Shown here in pieces: positions 10,567 through 21,487 of a DNA stretch of 55,605 nucleotides. The position numbers and the translations under genes were made by a program. Below the pieces are notes generated by a model. The model worked only from the letters and a program-made list of their open reading frames with translations, did not search any database and was not told the origin of the DNA. Each line of letters opens with the position of its first letter. The stretch's first letter is position 1. Source of the stretch: Neophaeotheca triangularis (taxonomy: Eukaryota). The stretch spans positions 558,001 to 613,605 of the forward strand of contig BAAIJX010000010.1 of assembly GCA_054600435.1 (NCBI GenBank), given 5' to 3'.

Positions 10567-11442
10567 TCAGGCTAACCGCACCAAATACCGGCAGACCCAC
10601 CACATGCCCCAAAGTGCCATCAACACAAACATTGTCTTCGACCACGGCCCGCTTCCTGGAAAGAATGACTGCATCGTGAGCTCTGCTCTTGCCCTATTGT
10701 CCCCCGGCTGCTCGATACGAGGAAATAGCACCACCGGCACTTCGCACCCCAAAAAAGCGCAGAGCGGCTCCCAGCCACTTCCGAGCTCGTACATCAGCAA
10801 CCTTTCTTGTGGGACCTGAGCCTGGATACCAGGATTGTTGTTGTTCAACCTCCAGAACGGACCAATGCGACTCAGTAGAGTATCCAAAATTTTATTGAGA
10901 AAGCTCAAAGCTTCGTACCACCGCTGGGTTGCCTCTTGGACGATCAGGAACTTCGCTTGAGGGAACGCCGCCTCTAACTCCGAGCCGAGGAAGCAGACAG
11001 GCTCGTCTTCGACGGCGGGCAATGAATCTGGCGCTGACTCGAACCGCTTGTGGGCAATTTGAGGCCTTGGCTTGTCTACGGAGGTAGATTTCGTCTTTTG
11101 AGCAAGATCATAGGACAGGCCCTGAGCGTGTTTGGGATAGCTGGTTTGGAGGAAGTACCGCCAGAATCTGATGTCTGCGGGCTGGGACACAAGATCATCG
11201 TAACGATAACATGGTATTCCTAGAATTTCCAGGGCGGCGTGGACAGCTGTCGTAGCGGGGCGAGAGGTGGACAGGAGGATCAGACGTATGGGCCGGTTTC
11301 GTGGATGATCCGAGCCATGAGGTGGGCAGTCGCTATAGAGAGCTGAGAGCTTTGCGCGGAAATGGTCATAGTATGGATCGGCTGTGATAGGAGGGGAATA
11401 CTGCGAGACCAAACGGTACGGGTTGGGAGGGAGAAATCCCAT
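10567..11442 (-). CDS. Degenerate P-loop sulfotransferase-domain (Sulfotransfer_4-like) protein with a C-terminal TM helix
   Basis: AALEILGIPCY, EAAFPQAKFL, VPQERLLMYELGSGWEPLCAFLGCEVP..FPR. The P-loop reads STSRPAT rather than the usual G.PRTGT. Start uncertain. Confidence 0.65.
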   Translation of the reverse strand: MGFLPPNPYRLVSQYSPPITADPYYDHFRAKLSALYSDCPPHGSDHPRNRPIRLILLSTSRPATTAVHAALEILGIPCYRYDDLVSQPADIRFWRYFLQTSYPKHAQGLSYDLAQKTKSTSVDKPRPQIAHKRFESAPDSLPAVEDEPVCFLGSELEAAFPQAKFLIVQEATQRWYEALSFLNKILDTLLSRIGPFWRLNNNNPGIQAQVPQERLLMYELGSGWEPLCAFLGCEVPVVLFPRIEQPGDNRARAELTMQSFFPGSGPWSKTMFVLMALWGMWWVCRYLVRLA

Positions 11443-11722
11443 GACGGCAGAGATGAGATTGGAGAGGAACGGGGGGAAAGGAGGACCACATCGCACGCTC
11501 ACCTTCTAACCAACATCAATTTATACACACTTGTAGCTCGCATCTCATGCAGGCTGACACTGCAACTCCGCATGAAGGGGGTGTGACGAGGAGAGAGGCG
11601 AGGCGAGGCGAGGCAAGGCTGAGCTGCGCAGGGATCCTATGAGCTCAGCTCAAGGCAGAGTACTGTACCTCACCTAGGCTTCGATTCGTCCCAGACGTCC
11701 ACACTAGACGCATACTACCTGC

Positions 11723-12751
11723 ATGATGATATTGCATTACTGCCAACGCCCGTATACACACCATCACACAGCTTACAGTCAACGTTACATGGACGATGAG
11801 GTGCCCTGGTGGCCCGGGGGTGTTTGCCAGCCAGATCGGATGTCGTCTGGAGGACTCAGGTACGGCCGGGGGCTAGAAACCTCGGCTTGGTCCATGCACG
11901 CTTATGTCAGCCCCGCTAGCGTGCCCATTGCCATGAATTATTATACGCAAATTTCGACTTCATCCCCTTCTTCTTCCTTTCTCCTCAGTACCAACGCACC
12001 CAACAGACAGTTCATTCAGCAGCCAGCCACTCTTGTGTTCAACGAGGTGGCGCTCATGGCTTATCCATTGCTGTCTAGCGATTCAGAGGTGCGGAGAAGG
12101 ACTATGAAGGAACCATAAGAGCTGGCCATGCATTATTTGGTTGCGTGGGCGGTGTCAGAGGGGCCGGACATCACCGCTGGAAGATAAGATACTACTAGGG
12201 ATGGGGTTTTAGGAAGAGTGTTGATCGGCGTGGTGGAGGATACAATGATGCCCCTTTGGCATAGCGACTCGTCGGCGAGGCGCGAAATCTCTGTCGTCGG
12301 CCGCTCTGCTCTGGAGCTCTTCCTTGCCGGACATCTGTTCTACTGGGCGCCCGCATATCTACCGTTACTATACAACTTCCTGATAACCCATTACATGAAC
12401 CACCGCCACTTCCGACGCTTAGAACAGTGACGCCGCCGAATCTTGACTCTACTATTCTCCTCACTTTGTGCTGGCCATGTCGGAGTTGACATCGCGGCCA
12501 CGCGGTGTCAATCAAGTCAGGGTGTGACGGCTTGTCAACAAGAATGCCAAGTCTACTTCGATCTAGTCACGGAGCGCGGACTACACATTCGTCCTTTGGA
12601 ACGCTTCGAGTACGAGCATCAGATGCATGGTCCTGGCGCCGTCACGAAGAGCGGTTCGAACCGATATCACTATCAATCACGAAGATTAAATTCCTGCAGA
12701 TGCCTTAACGCCGTCAACGAGCCTCCAAAACCCCTGCATCAAAGCTCCTAA
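11723..12751 (+). pseudogene. Possible gene relic: one frame broken by a few stops
   Basis: ORFs 11723-12118, 12218-12430 and 12443-12751 share one frame, with stops only at 12116 (TAA), 12185 (TAA), 12428 (TGA) and 12749 (TAA). Confidence 0.3.
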
Positions 12752-12801
12752 CTAATGACTTGCTGCCTCGACTATTTGTTGTCCAATGCTTCAGCATGCA
12801 T

Positions 12802-13209
12802 TCAACCGTCTACCTCCATCTCCATCGGCTCCTCTTGCTCAACCACCGTCTCCATTTCCTCCATCAACATGTCGGCCCACTCGCACAATTCGTCCGCTTC
12901 CTTGACGCGACCGATTTGCCTCAACTCCCAGGCCACATAATGCAACGCTCCAACCGCGTCCTCCAAGTTCGCGCTCTCTGCCTGTCTCAGGGCTTCTGAT
13001 ATCTCCCTGTCCCACTTCCACTTCTCGACTACCTCGCTGGCGTCCAGGTATTCGAAAGTGCAGTCCAGCAGATCGCGGAAAACCTCAACGGCCTGCTCGT
13101 GAGTCAACACTTGAGGGAGAGAGCCGGTGTAGAGGCGGGTTGTAATGATCCTGTAGCCGTCGAGGAGGGTGCGCTCGATGGCAGTGGTCTGGGTGGAGGA
13201 GGATGGCAT
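12802..13209 (-). CDS. Hypothetical small acidic protein
   Basis: ORF with protein-like, helical, acidic composition (MPSSSTQTT...EPMEMEVDG). No recognisable family. Confidence 0.45.
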   Translation of the reverse strand: MPSSSTQTTAIERTLLDGYRIITTRLYTGSLPQVLTHEQAVEVFRDLLDCTFEYLDASEVVEKWKWDREISEALRQAESANLEDAVGALHYVAWELRQIGRVKEADELCEWADMLMEEMETVVEQEEPMEMEVDG

Positions 13210-13677
13210 AGTTGCTTCGTCTTTCAAGTGAGTAAGTATGGCGGCTGCATGGCGCTGTGGCCCCATCGAGGTAGGTTTCTTACTTCTTATGTCCTTTCTC
13301 GTTGTCCCGTAATAGTTTGAGGTATCCGAACGCTTCTGATAGGGACGGAAGATGTTTGCTAGATTGTTTTGTCCTTGTCTGATCGATCACATCTACAAAT
13401 TCTACAACGATCTCTCTGTTTCTTTTTGAGTTCTCCGTGTTACAAAGGGTTTCCTCCCGATCAAGTACCTCACTTACCGGGCCCTGAATGTCGCGGCCAG
13501 AGAGGGACCGTGCACGACTTTCCTCACCTTGGTCCTTTTTGAAGCGCTTGAAGCCTCCGAAGGCTTCCATTGGCACCGTGCTCGAGTAATAACAAAACAA
13601 AGCCACGACTCGCTTTGGATGCAACACTTCAACACACCATCCACTCCCATTCACGCTCCTAATTGTCCACGACAATT

Positions 13678-14361
13678 ATGCCGACGATCGCCACCATATC
13701 CCCTCCCAAAGAGGCCAGCCTGCTCGGTATCCCGGCAGAGTTGCGCAACCGAATCTACGAATTCGCCTTCTCCGGTGAGGAAACCGTCAACATCAATCAC
13801 TTGGGAGTCGACACGGAGCCCGGCGGCCTTTGGATCTGCAAACAAATCCGTGAAGAAGCATACGGGATCTACTGGAGCAATCTATACCTCTTTACAGCCG
13901 TACAACCTGCATCCGGCATCCTCATCCAATACGACGACGCTTACGAAAACCAACTCCTAGCCCGTCTCAACTTCCTTGGCAAAGACCGCTGCAGCAGGCT
14001 CGGGGGCCTCACCCTCGAATCGCTCTGGATGAAAGTAGCCGTCAAGGACCTCCCCGAGCTCGTCGAAAGCGTCAATAGGCGCAACAACCTCCTGCCCACG
14101 CCGCTTTTCTCCGGTCTGCGTGATCGTCACCCATCAGCAGAGCAAGTTCGTTGCGCCAGAGACACGATCAGCAAGATCGTCAACACTACCATTGCCGTAG
14201 AAGCCATCGCGTTGCCTCCTCTGCCGGGGCTGGTTGCCGGCCGTTCCAGGTACGTCTTGGTTGCGCAGTACCTGTGCACCAAGGCGTGCCAGCGGGCGCT
14301 AGAGGAGGTGGTGAGGGAGGCTGTGTTGGAGCGCGACATGGAGAAGGTTGCGCTGAAGTAG
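13678..14361 (+). CDS. F-box-like (LPAELRNRIY family) protein
   Basis: ASLLGIPAELRNRIYEFAF and PGGLWICKQIREEA. ATG at 13678 in an intact ORF. Confidence 0.75.
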   Translation: MPTIATISPPKEASLLGIPAELRNRIYEFAFSGEETVNINHLGVDTEPGGLWICKQIREEAYGIYWSNLYLFTAVQPASGILIQYDDAYENQLLARLNFLGKDRCSRLGGLTLESLWMKVAVKDLPELVESVNRRNNLLPTPLFSGLRDRHPSAEQVRCARDTISKIVNTTIAVEAIALPPLPGLVAGRSRYVLVAQYLCTKACQRALEEVVREAVLERDMEKVALK

Positions 14362-15341
14362 GGGACCAAATACTAGTTAGGTTGAGCTCCACCTTCTCAA
14401 CTCGTCGTCCATTGTGGACCCATTTCTACAATGTCGATGGTATTCCCTTTGGATGTTTCAGATCTTCCATTCCGAGCTCACTGGATATCCCTGCATGTGG
14501 TCCGGTTTCCATATGGTCCTTTGTCAGGTGTTCTCGGTTCTTCGTGCCAAGCTTGCGGGCTGTTTTTGCGCTGGCTCGATTTCACTCGCAGCGACTTCGC
14601 TTTCGAGGATGCTTCTAAAACTTACTTTATACCACGCTGGTGCTACAATGCGGGAGGTCATGGGAAGCTTGGATATCATGATGGGTCAGAAGGCGTTGAA
14701 GCTTGAAGTCGGTGAAGAGTCAGAGGGTTTCTCAGTGTGGAGGTCAGGGACTGTAACTTGGCTCACGTTGCAGGAAAGGGTGAAGGCGGCGCTGAGAATA
14801 CATGGTATTTTAGAGAACAAAAGACATGCCTCAAGGTTGTGTCAGGAGCACGGTCTTGGGAGTACGGTCGTGGGACCATGTCACCACAGCTGTCGAGACA
14901 CATTGTGCCTGAGGCAACTGAAGCAACGAGGTGGAGGAGTCAACAAAGGGACCCCGTGACCTACCTGCATGACAACCTACCTGTCGTCGTCGTCGCCGGC
15001 AACTTCCACGGTGGACCGCCCCGGGGCCCATGCGCCTGCGCCAACATGCGCCGCCCCTGGGTCCCTTGGCACACTTCCTCACATAAAACCCACATTGGCT
15101 TTTCAATACCTTTCTCTTCCTCTTCTTCCTCTTCTTCACACCTCTCTCACGTTAGCTTCCTCACCTTCTTTCATCACTTGCATTCCCTCACGTAGCTACT
15201 TCCGTTGCAGCTTCTATCGTGCAGCTTTACCTTCACGCATCCACTACTACACTCTCTTCAGCCACCCCTTCACATCCACTGAAGGGTTTCATAATTTTAT
15301 CATCTTCGCTTCACCTACCTCTACCTCAACCGTAAAGAACA

Positions 15342-16004
15342 ATGTCTTCCATCATGGACATCCAGGCACAAACTCCCACGCTCTTCGGCATTGCTCAGGA
15401 GGTTCGCGACCAGATATTCGACCTGGTCCTACACGCTGAGACGGGGAAGCCGGTCGGTATCAAGGACTTCCTCGCCAAGGGCCCACCTGGTATCCTTGCA
15501 GTTAATCGCCAAGCCCGTTCGGAGACTTACCACCGCTACTGGGACAACATCGTCGTCACCATCGACACCACCTACGAGGAGTTCGACGAGGACTTGAAAA
15601 CCTACCTTCCCCGCCTCAACCAGTCCAGCCTCCCTTCCACGAGGAAGAACATCATGATCGACCTCTACCTTCACGCAAGTGAAGGTGTCGGGCCCGCCAC
15701 CCCCTTGCCTTTGAGCGAGATCCCTTGGTTTTTCGACAGGAACTTCAACCCGCAGCTCGCCATCTGCTGCGACAATCCCAGCCAAGACCTCATGAAAAGG
15801 CTCCGCAAGCTTCACCATTGCCCCTTTGTCGATCTGTCCCGTTTGATCATCATGCCCCAAATCGAGGGCAAGCCCGGCGTCACCTACTATCAAGGCTACG
15901 TCATGGGCAATGTTTGGACGATCGAGACTGCTATTAGCAAGATGCTGTCAATGAGCGTCTGGCAGATCGTCAAGATGACCACCAGCAGGCCCATCCGCTC
16001 TTGA
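15342..16004 (+). CDS. F-box-like protein (divergent paralogue)
   Basis: TLFGIAQEVRDQIFDLVL and PGILAVNRQARSETY. Long CT-rich 5' leader and strong C-ending codon bias. Confidence 0.75.
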   Translation: MSSIMDIQAQTPTLFGIAQEVRDQIFDLVLHAETGKPVGIKDFLAKGPPGILAVNRQARSETYHRYWDNIVVTIDTTYEEFDEDLKTYLPRLNQSSLPSTRKNIMIDLYLHASEGVGPATPLPLSEIPWFFDRNFNPQLAICCDNPSQDLMKRLRKLHHCPFVDLSRLIIMPQIEGKPGVTYYQGYVMGNVWTIETAISKMLSMSVWQIVKMTTSRPIRS

Positions 16005-16858
16005 TGGCTGGTGAGCGTCTGGTCTTCTGGCGTCTTCCTTCGAATTCTTTTGGTAAGTTTTATAGACTGTGGTTTCACTTTCTCGTCTTTAACCCTGGCT
16101 TCTAGCTCTCGCCTGGCAACTGAAATGGCGGCTTTGCCTCCCAACATTAAGCTCAAAGACCAGTGTCTGGCTTAAAGACTCAAGGAGTAAGTGAAGGCGC
16201 TTCTCTGCATCTTGATTATCATTAACCCTCTCTCTTAGCCGTGGTTCCTCCCGCACATGGTACAACATTCCCTTTCCCCAGTATCACATCAACAGCCTTG
16301 GAGGAGTAGGTCCAAACGTATCCGGCAGGCAGCCAAATTTTATTAACCGCAACGTCAGCAACCCTTCAGCAATGGCACAGCACAGCAACCCACCAACACA
16401 GCATCCCATACCAGCAACATCCTACCAACAGTATCATACCCACGGCACCAACAGCACGGAGGCCGTTTTCTTTCTTTCATCTACAACATCGACAGCACGG
16501 AGATGGAGACGGAGATGGAGCCTAGTAGGCACTTAATGGGAGGTGGTAGCAGAAGGCGACAATGTTAGCAGCTGGGCGAAGCGGCAAAAAGGTACCGGGC
16601 ACACGACACAGAACGAAGATGGGAATCTCTACATAATTTACGTAGCAGAGCCGTGGGACGCGGGCGTTAATTGTTTTCACCACATGTCGTGCTTTTTTCA
16701 TTAAACTTTGAATGTCCTTTTTCAACATCCACCACGTTAAAGTGATGATGCGACGATGAATACTTCCACACTACAAAGGCATACTCTCGATAGCTACACG
16801 GCTTACTGAGCAATACCACACAGCACCACAGCACCACCTAAACCCCAGCCTCACCAAT

Positions 16859-19800
16859 CTACTTCGAGTCACTTCTCCTCCCACTCTCCCACCACGCCCT
16901 CAGCACATCCACCCTCCCCCTCTCCCCGTCCCCAAACTCCACCGGCGGCCCCTTGACCTCCTCCCTAACCCCAAAACCCCCTTGACTGCTCCTGCGCCTC
17001 CTAGCCCTAACCCCTCCCTCACCTCCGACTCTCTCAACCTCACCAAACCGCCACACGCACCACGCGCTCGCATCCGTGGAAAGCAAGTACGCCGTGCGCT
17101 TGCGGGATTTGACTTGGAAACCCCGCAGGAGGACAACGTCTCCCGCTTCGGCGAAGGGGAGAGTGGCTTTCCACGGGCGGAAGATTTCGACGCGTCGTTC
17201 TTGATGCTCGTTGGTGGAGATTTTGGTAGTTGTGAGAGAGGGGTCGGTGATGGTGAGGAGGGTGTAGTAGTCCCGCGGGCCGGATTTGGCGCGCTCGGCG
17301 GGTTTGGAGTTCGTTGTGACGATGGCGAGGATATCTAGCGGGTGGGTGGAGTTTGTGGAGGTTTGGGATTGCGTGTTGAGGTAGCGGTCGAGGTTGGTGA
17401 GGGGTGTGTAGTAGCTATAAGGGGTTGAAAGGCCGAGGGCGGGGTTGGGTTGTTGTTCTAGGCGGGGTGGGGCGGTGGAGGAGGGGAGGCTTGCGCCGTT
17501 GGTCTGGCGGACGGCGATGTCTTCGGCAGCTACGATGTCCTCCACTTCTTCATCTCCCGCCTCTTTCTCCGTGAATGTGCTTTGAGCGGGCTCGGGCGCA
17601 GCAGCACCACTAGACCGCTTGGGTGAGAACCAAGCAGAGATGACATCGGGGACATTGCTGAATCTGCCACTGAAAGACTTACGCAACCAAGGGGTGCCTT
17701 TTGGAGTCATCGAAGACTCCTGCGATGGTTCGTCCACCATTTGTTTGAGTTGGCCACCCGCGTTCGTGGATGCTCTCTCCGTCAGCTGAGGCGTGGGCGG
17801 TAGCATGCCTTGCCTCGTTTCAGCCGCTTTAGGAGCGTCGTTGGTTGGAACACGGCTCCCTTGTTGCGGCTGCTGGTCTTGGGAGTCTAGGGGTGTAGGA
17901 GGAAGTTCTGGATAGAGCTGGTGGTCTCTCGTGAGCGCAGAAGCTTCGACCGTGTTCTCTCCTTGACTGTCAAAGGTCTCACTATCCTGATAATTTTGCC
18001 TCCGTTGCGGACTGTGGATATACTCCTGCTCAACAAAGTCATCAAGCAAAATATCGTCAGGGTCAGCTTCTTGCCGACTCTGTATTTCCTCCTGAGGAGG
18101 CGGAGAAGAGCTAATCTCAATGACTGCAGTTGGCTGCGTTTGAGACTGCTGGCTTTCTTGAAAGAATTCCGAAGGTTGCTGTGAGACCGACGAAGCTTTT
18201 GGAATATGCGGCAGCTCGTCCGGATTATCAACCCTAAACATCTCGCGAGAAGGGACTTGGGACAGAGAGCCAAGTTCTTGCGATGGCATAACGTCAGCAG
18301 TAGGTTCGAAGGACGTAGTCGGGGTAGGAACCGGGAAGTTCTGGTCCTGTTGTGTCGGAGCTACAGTTGGAACCGAAGTCTCTCCAATTATCCGCAAAGG
18401 TGCTTTCAGAGTTTCTTCTTCAATGACTTCACTGCGGTCGAAAGCCGTGCCTTCTCGTGTACTGGGCCGGCTGTTTTCATCCACTGCGATACTATCAGGG
18501 GGGTCGAAGCTATCTGCGACAGTCTCGGCCCTGAGGTGTGGGGCTAGTTGCTGTGATGGGATCGGTATCTGTGAAGGCCCTGACCAGTGGGTATTCTCCT
18601 CCTGAGATAGATCGAGGTGTTCGATATCTGGCGGTTGGTTATAGGGTGGAGAAGCTGCAGAAGGCGATGATGACAGCTTTACAAATGAAGTCTCGTTCCA
18701 TGGCTCAGCTGCCGACGGTCTGAGTGAAGGTGAAGGGACTGTGGAATGATCAGATCCCTCTTTTGGCGTAGTGTCCGTTCCAGCATCGGGCATGACTTCG
18801 CTTTCTAGACCTTCTTCGTGGTCTGACGCAATGACAGGTGATTGCCGCGGCGTCTGATCGCCGTCATCAATCATGATGACATCTTCGTCGTGCATCGTTA
18901 TTGAAGGCGGCTGTCGTCCTTCGCTTTCTTGTACTTGGTCAGAAGGCTCATCGCCTGTTTCAATGGCAGCGTCGTTCTCGCCAGTCTGCCATAAGCCAAT
19001 CATTGTCTCGTGTTTTGTGTCAGCCTTGACAGTACCGAGCAGCCGCTTCGAATTTGGCGTCTGCTCAGCCTCTTCAACTCCCGGTACTTCCCTTTCGTTT
19101 GCTTCAAATGCCCCCTGCAGTACCTCTGTGGTCTTGGGTTCATCACACACCACCCTCTCGGCCTCAACCTCCATACCCTTCCCACCCTCTTCTTGCACCT
19201 GAACCGACCTAAACCCCCAAGGCGATGTCTCGACGCCCGCACCCTCCTTCTCCCCTCCCAAAACCTCCACCATACTCTTCGTAGGCGAAGGACTCCTAAA
19301 CCCGAACAAGTTCCTAAAAGTCCGGTTCATGTCCTTCTCCTTCTCTGAACGCGGTGCCGAGAGCGGCGTCGGGCGCTCGCCCTTGCTCAAAACGCGTTGT
19401 GCCGCGGGAGTCTTGAAACTGGCACCCGGACGTGCCCAGGGCGAGGTTTTGGAAGGGGATTGGGGAGATCGTTGGTTCGACGCACCGTCGAGGCTTAGCA
19501 TGCTCGGGGCGTCGAGGGCGTTGGTTTTGGTCGACTGATGCTTCGGGGCGGGGGTTGATTGGAGGTAGCTTCTCTGGAACCCGGCAAAGTCTTCTTCGGG
19601 GTGGTCTCCAGGATCAAATTCGTCGGGGTGGTCAACCTCTGATAACTGCTCTGTCTGAGCCAAGGCTCCTCGCCGATCGAGGTCATTACCAGATCCCTCT
19701 CGCCACTGTCCACTCTTTCTCGGCGGCGTAACGTCGTAAAGCTCATCAGCTTCGTAGTCCTTGGGTGGTGAATAGACCGCTGCGCGTGGCGGTGTAGCTT

Positions 19801-21487
19801 TCGGGGTAGTGCTTTCTACCAGCTGAGGCTTTGGTTGTGGGGGCTGAGGTTGCTGCTTCCTATCAACAGGGTCATAACTACCCTTGACCTCCGTTGCATA
19901 TGCATGGAGACCAAGTTCTTGGGTATCTCGGAGCGAATGGTCTTCTCCCTGCTGTGCATTCTCGTCAGTGGTCTGCGCAATTTCGGGCGTTGCCGCTGTC
20001 ATTGGCATCGATCGTGGTGACTGTGGAAGTGTCGTGGCTCCGTTGAGTTCCAAGTCAAGCTCTACCACTTCCGGCTGTTGCGTTACAGATGGGGAATCTG
20101 CTACCGCTTCCTCAGACCCGTCTTCTTGAAGATGGCCAACCGAAATCTTCGCGCGCTCTTCGCTCTCAAGCATCTTCGCCTGTTCCTCGCCGGCTGTTTC
20201 AGCACGTAGGGGCGACGATATTGCCAGCTCCTCGTCAGGGTAAGTATCAGGAATCTCGAGGGCAGATTGAGGGTCCCCAGACTCTTCAATGTTTCCTACG
20301 ACTTCCGGCTCTCGCGTAGCCATAGGAGAAGAGTCTCGATCGACCAAAGTCGGATACTGCATAGCTGTTTCGCTAGCAGGAAAAGGCGAGGGCAAAGGCA
20401 AGTTCGCTGCTGAAACTGGCTGTAACTTAGGAGTAAGAGGTTTGTTTTGAGTTTCGATAGTGAGAGGCGCGAGGGCTGGAGGCGTGCTGGATCGAACACC
20501 GACACTTGGTAGAGGCGGTGGAGCCATGGGAGCTTTACTCGGTGACGGGGCCAACGGGGATGACACGCGCTCGGTTTGTGCACTCGTATCTGCCGTCCGT
20601 GATTCAGACTGCAAAGGCTCCGCGAAGCTCTGCGGCACGGTCTGTACATCCTCTCGAGTATCTTCTCCAACATCCGCCATAGCAGTATCCCCCTTCATAG
20701 TCCCCACTTGAGCCAGCCTATTTTGATCCGTCGCGGCCGTCCCCAAACCCACTACAGGATCCTCAGCAAATTCCATATCCGGACTCCTCGCCTCATCATC
20801 CACGAACCTCCACTTCCTCCCGGAAGCGCCAAAACTCGACCTCCCAAAACTCAATTTCAACCTCTTCCTCGGACTCCCCTCCTCCAAATCCGCATCCCTA
20901 AACGGGTCAAACCCAATCGACTCTCTCAAAGACGTGCCCTTCTCCTTTTGCGTAAACCGCGAGCTCCCAAAGAAAGCCGGCGACGCATGTCTCCGCCGCT
21001 CCACCTCCTCACGAACCCCAATTCCCCTGCCTTCAACCCTGCTACCCACAACTTCCTCCACAATCGCCTCTTTCCCCCCCGTCTCCTGCTTTTCCGATCC
21101 CTCTTCCTCCTGACCCTCGACCCGCACCCACGCCCCGTCCCTCCAAACCCCCAACTCCACCGGCCCCTTGAAAACCACCTCCCTCTCCTCCGCCCACTCC
21201 CCCCCACCCAACCCCAACCTAACACTCTCCCAAACCCCCACCCTAGCCCTGGCAACCGCCCTAGCAGCGCTGCCAGCAAAAACAACCCGCAGCCTCCCTC
21301 CTCGTTGCGACCGTAGCCGGAAATCCGGGTCCGAGAGCTGGAGAGCCAGCGTTTGGGACTGTGAACTGTAGGGCCAGAGGAGGGTTACTTGGGCTTGGAT
21401 CTGGGAGGATGAGGTGGGGGGCAGAGGAGTTTGGGGCGAGAGGGCGTGGAGGGGGGTTGTGGTCGGGGTGGTTGGCGGGTCGGACAT
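16859..21487 (-). CDS. Large protein (about 1540 aa) with POT1/Cdc13-type telomeric ssDNA-binding OB-fold-like domains at both ends
   Basis: N-terminal VTLLWPYSS...DPDFRLR..GRLRVVFAG. C-terminal LDILAIVT...RAKSGPRDYYTLLTITDPS...VEIFRPWKATLPFAEAGDVVLLRGFQVKSR. Long disordered linker. First ATG (MSDPPTT) at 21487. Confidence 0.8.
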   Translation of the reverse strand: MSDPPTTPTTTPLHALSPQTPLPPTSSSQIQAQVTLLWPYSSQSQTLALQLSDPDFRLRSQRGGRLRVVFAGSAARAVARARVGVWESVRLGLGGGEWAEEREVVFKGPVELGVWRDGAWVRVEGQEEEGSEKQETGGKEAIVEEVVGSRVEGRGIGVREEVERRRHASPAFFGSSRFTQKEKGTSLRESIGFDPFRDADLEEGSPRKRLKLSFGRSSFGASGRKWRFVDDEARSPDMEFAEDPVVGLGTAATDQNRLAQVGTMKGDTAMADVGEDTREDVQTVPQSFAEPLQSESRTADTSAQTERVSSPLAPSPSKAPMAPPPLPSVGVRSSTPPALAPLTIETQNKPLTPKLQPVSAANLPLPSPFPASETAMQYPTLVDRDSSPMATREPEVVGNIEESGDPQSALEIPDTYPDEELAISSPLRAETAGEEQAKMLESEERAKISVGHLQEDGSEEAVADSPSVTQQPEVVELDLELNGATTLPQSPRSMPMTAATPEIAQTTDENAQQGEDHSLRDTQELGLHAYATEVKGSYDPVDRKQQPQPPQPKPQLVESTTPKATPPRAAVYSPPKDYEADELYDVTPPRKSGQWREGSGNDLDRRGALAQTEQLSEVDHPDEFDPGDHPEEDFAGFQRSYLQSTPAPKHQSTKTNALDAPSMLSLDGASNQRSPQSPSKTSPWARPGASFKTPAAQRVLSKGERPTPLSAPRSEKEKDMNRTFRNLFGFRSPSPTKSMVEVLGGEKEGAGVETSPWGFRSVQVQEEGGKGMEVEAERVVCDEPKTTEVLQGAFEANEREVPGVEEAEQTPNSKRLLGTVKADTKHETMIGLWQTGENDAAIETGDEPSDQVQESEGRQPPSITMHDEDVIMIDDGDQTPRQSPVIASDHEEGLESEVMPDAGTDTTPKEGSDHSTVPSPSLRPSAAEPWNETSFVKLSSSPSAASPPYNQPPDIEHLDLSQEENTHWSGPSQIPIPSQQLAPHLRAETVADSFDPPDSIAVDENSRPSTREGTAFDRSEVIEEETLKAPLRIIGETSVPTVAPTQQDQNFPVPTPTTSFEPTADVMPSQELGSLSQVPSREMFRVDNPDELPHIPKASSVSQQPSEFFQESQQSQTQPTAVIEISSSPPPQEEIQSRQEADPDDILLDDFVEQEYIHSPQRRQNYQDSETFDSQGENTVEASALTRDHQLYPELPPTPLDSQDQQPQQGSRVPTNDAPKAAETRQGMLPPTPQLTERASTNAGGQLKQMVDEPSQESSMTPKGTPWLRKSFSGRFSNVPDVISAWFSPKRSSGAAAPEPAQSTFTEKEAGDEEVEDIVAAEDIAVRQTNGASLPSSTAPPRLEQQPNPALGLSTPYSYYTPLTNLDRYLNTQSQTSTNSTHPLDILAIVTTNSKPAERAKSGPRDYYTLLTITDPSLTTTKISTNEHQERRVEIFRPWKATLPFAEAGDVVLLRGFQVKSRKRTAYLLSTDASAWCVWRFGEVERVGGEGGVRARRRRSSQGGFGVREEVKGPPVEFGDGERGRVDVLRAWWESGRRSDSK

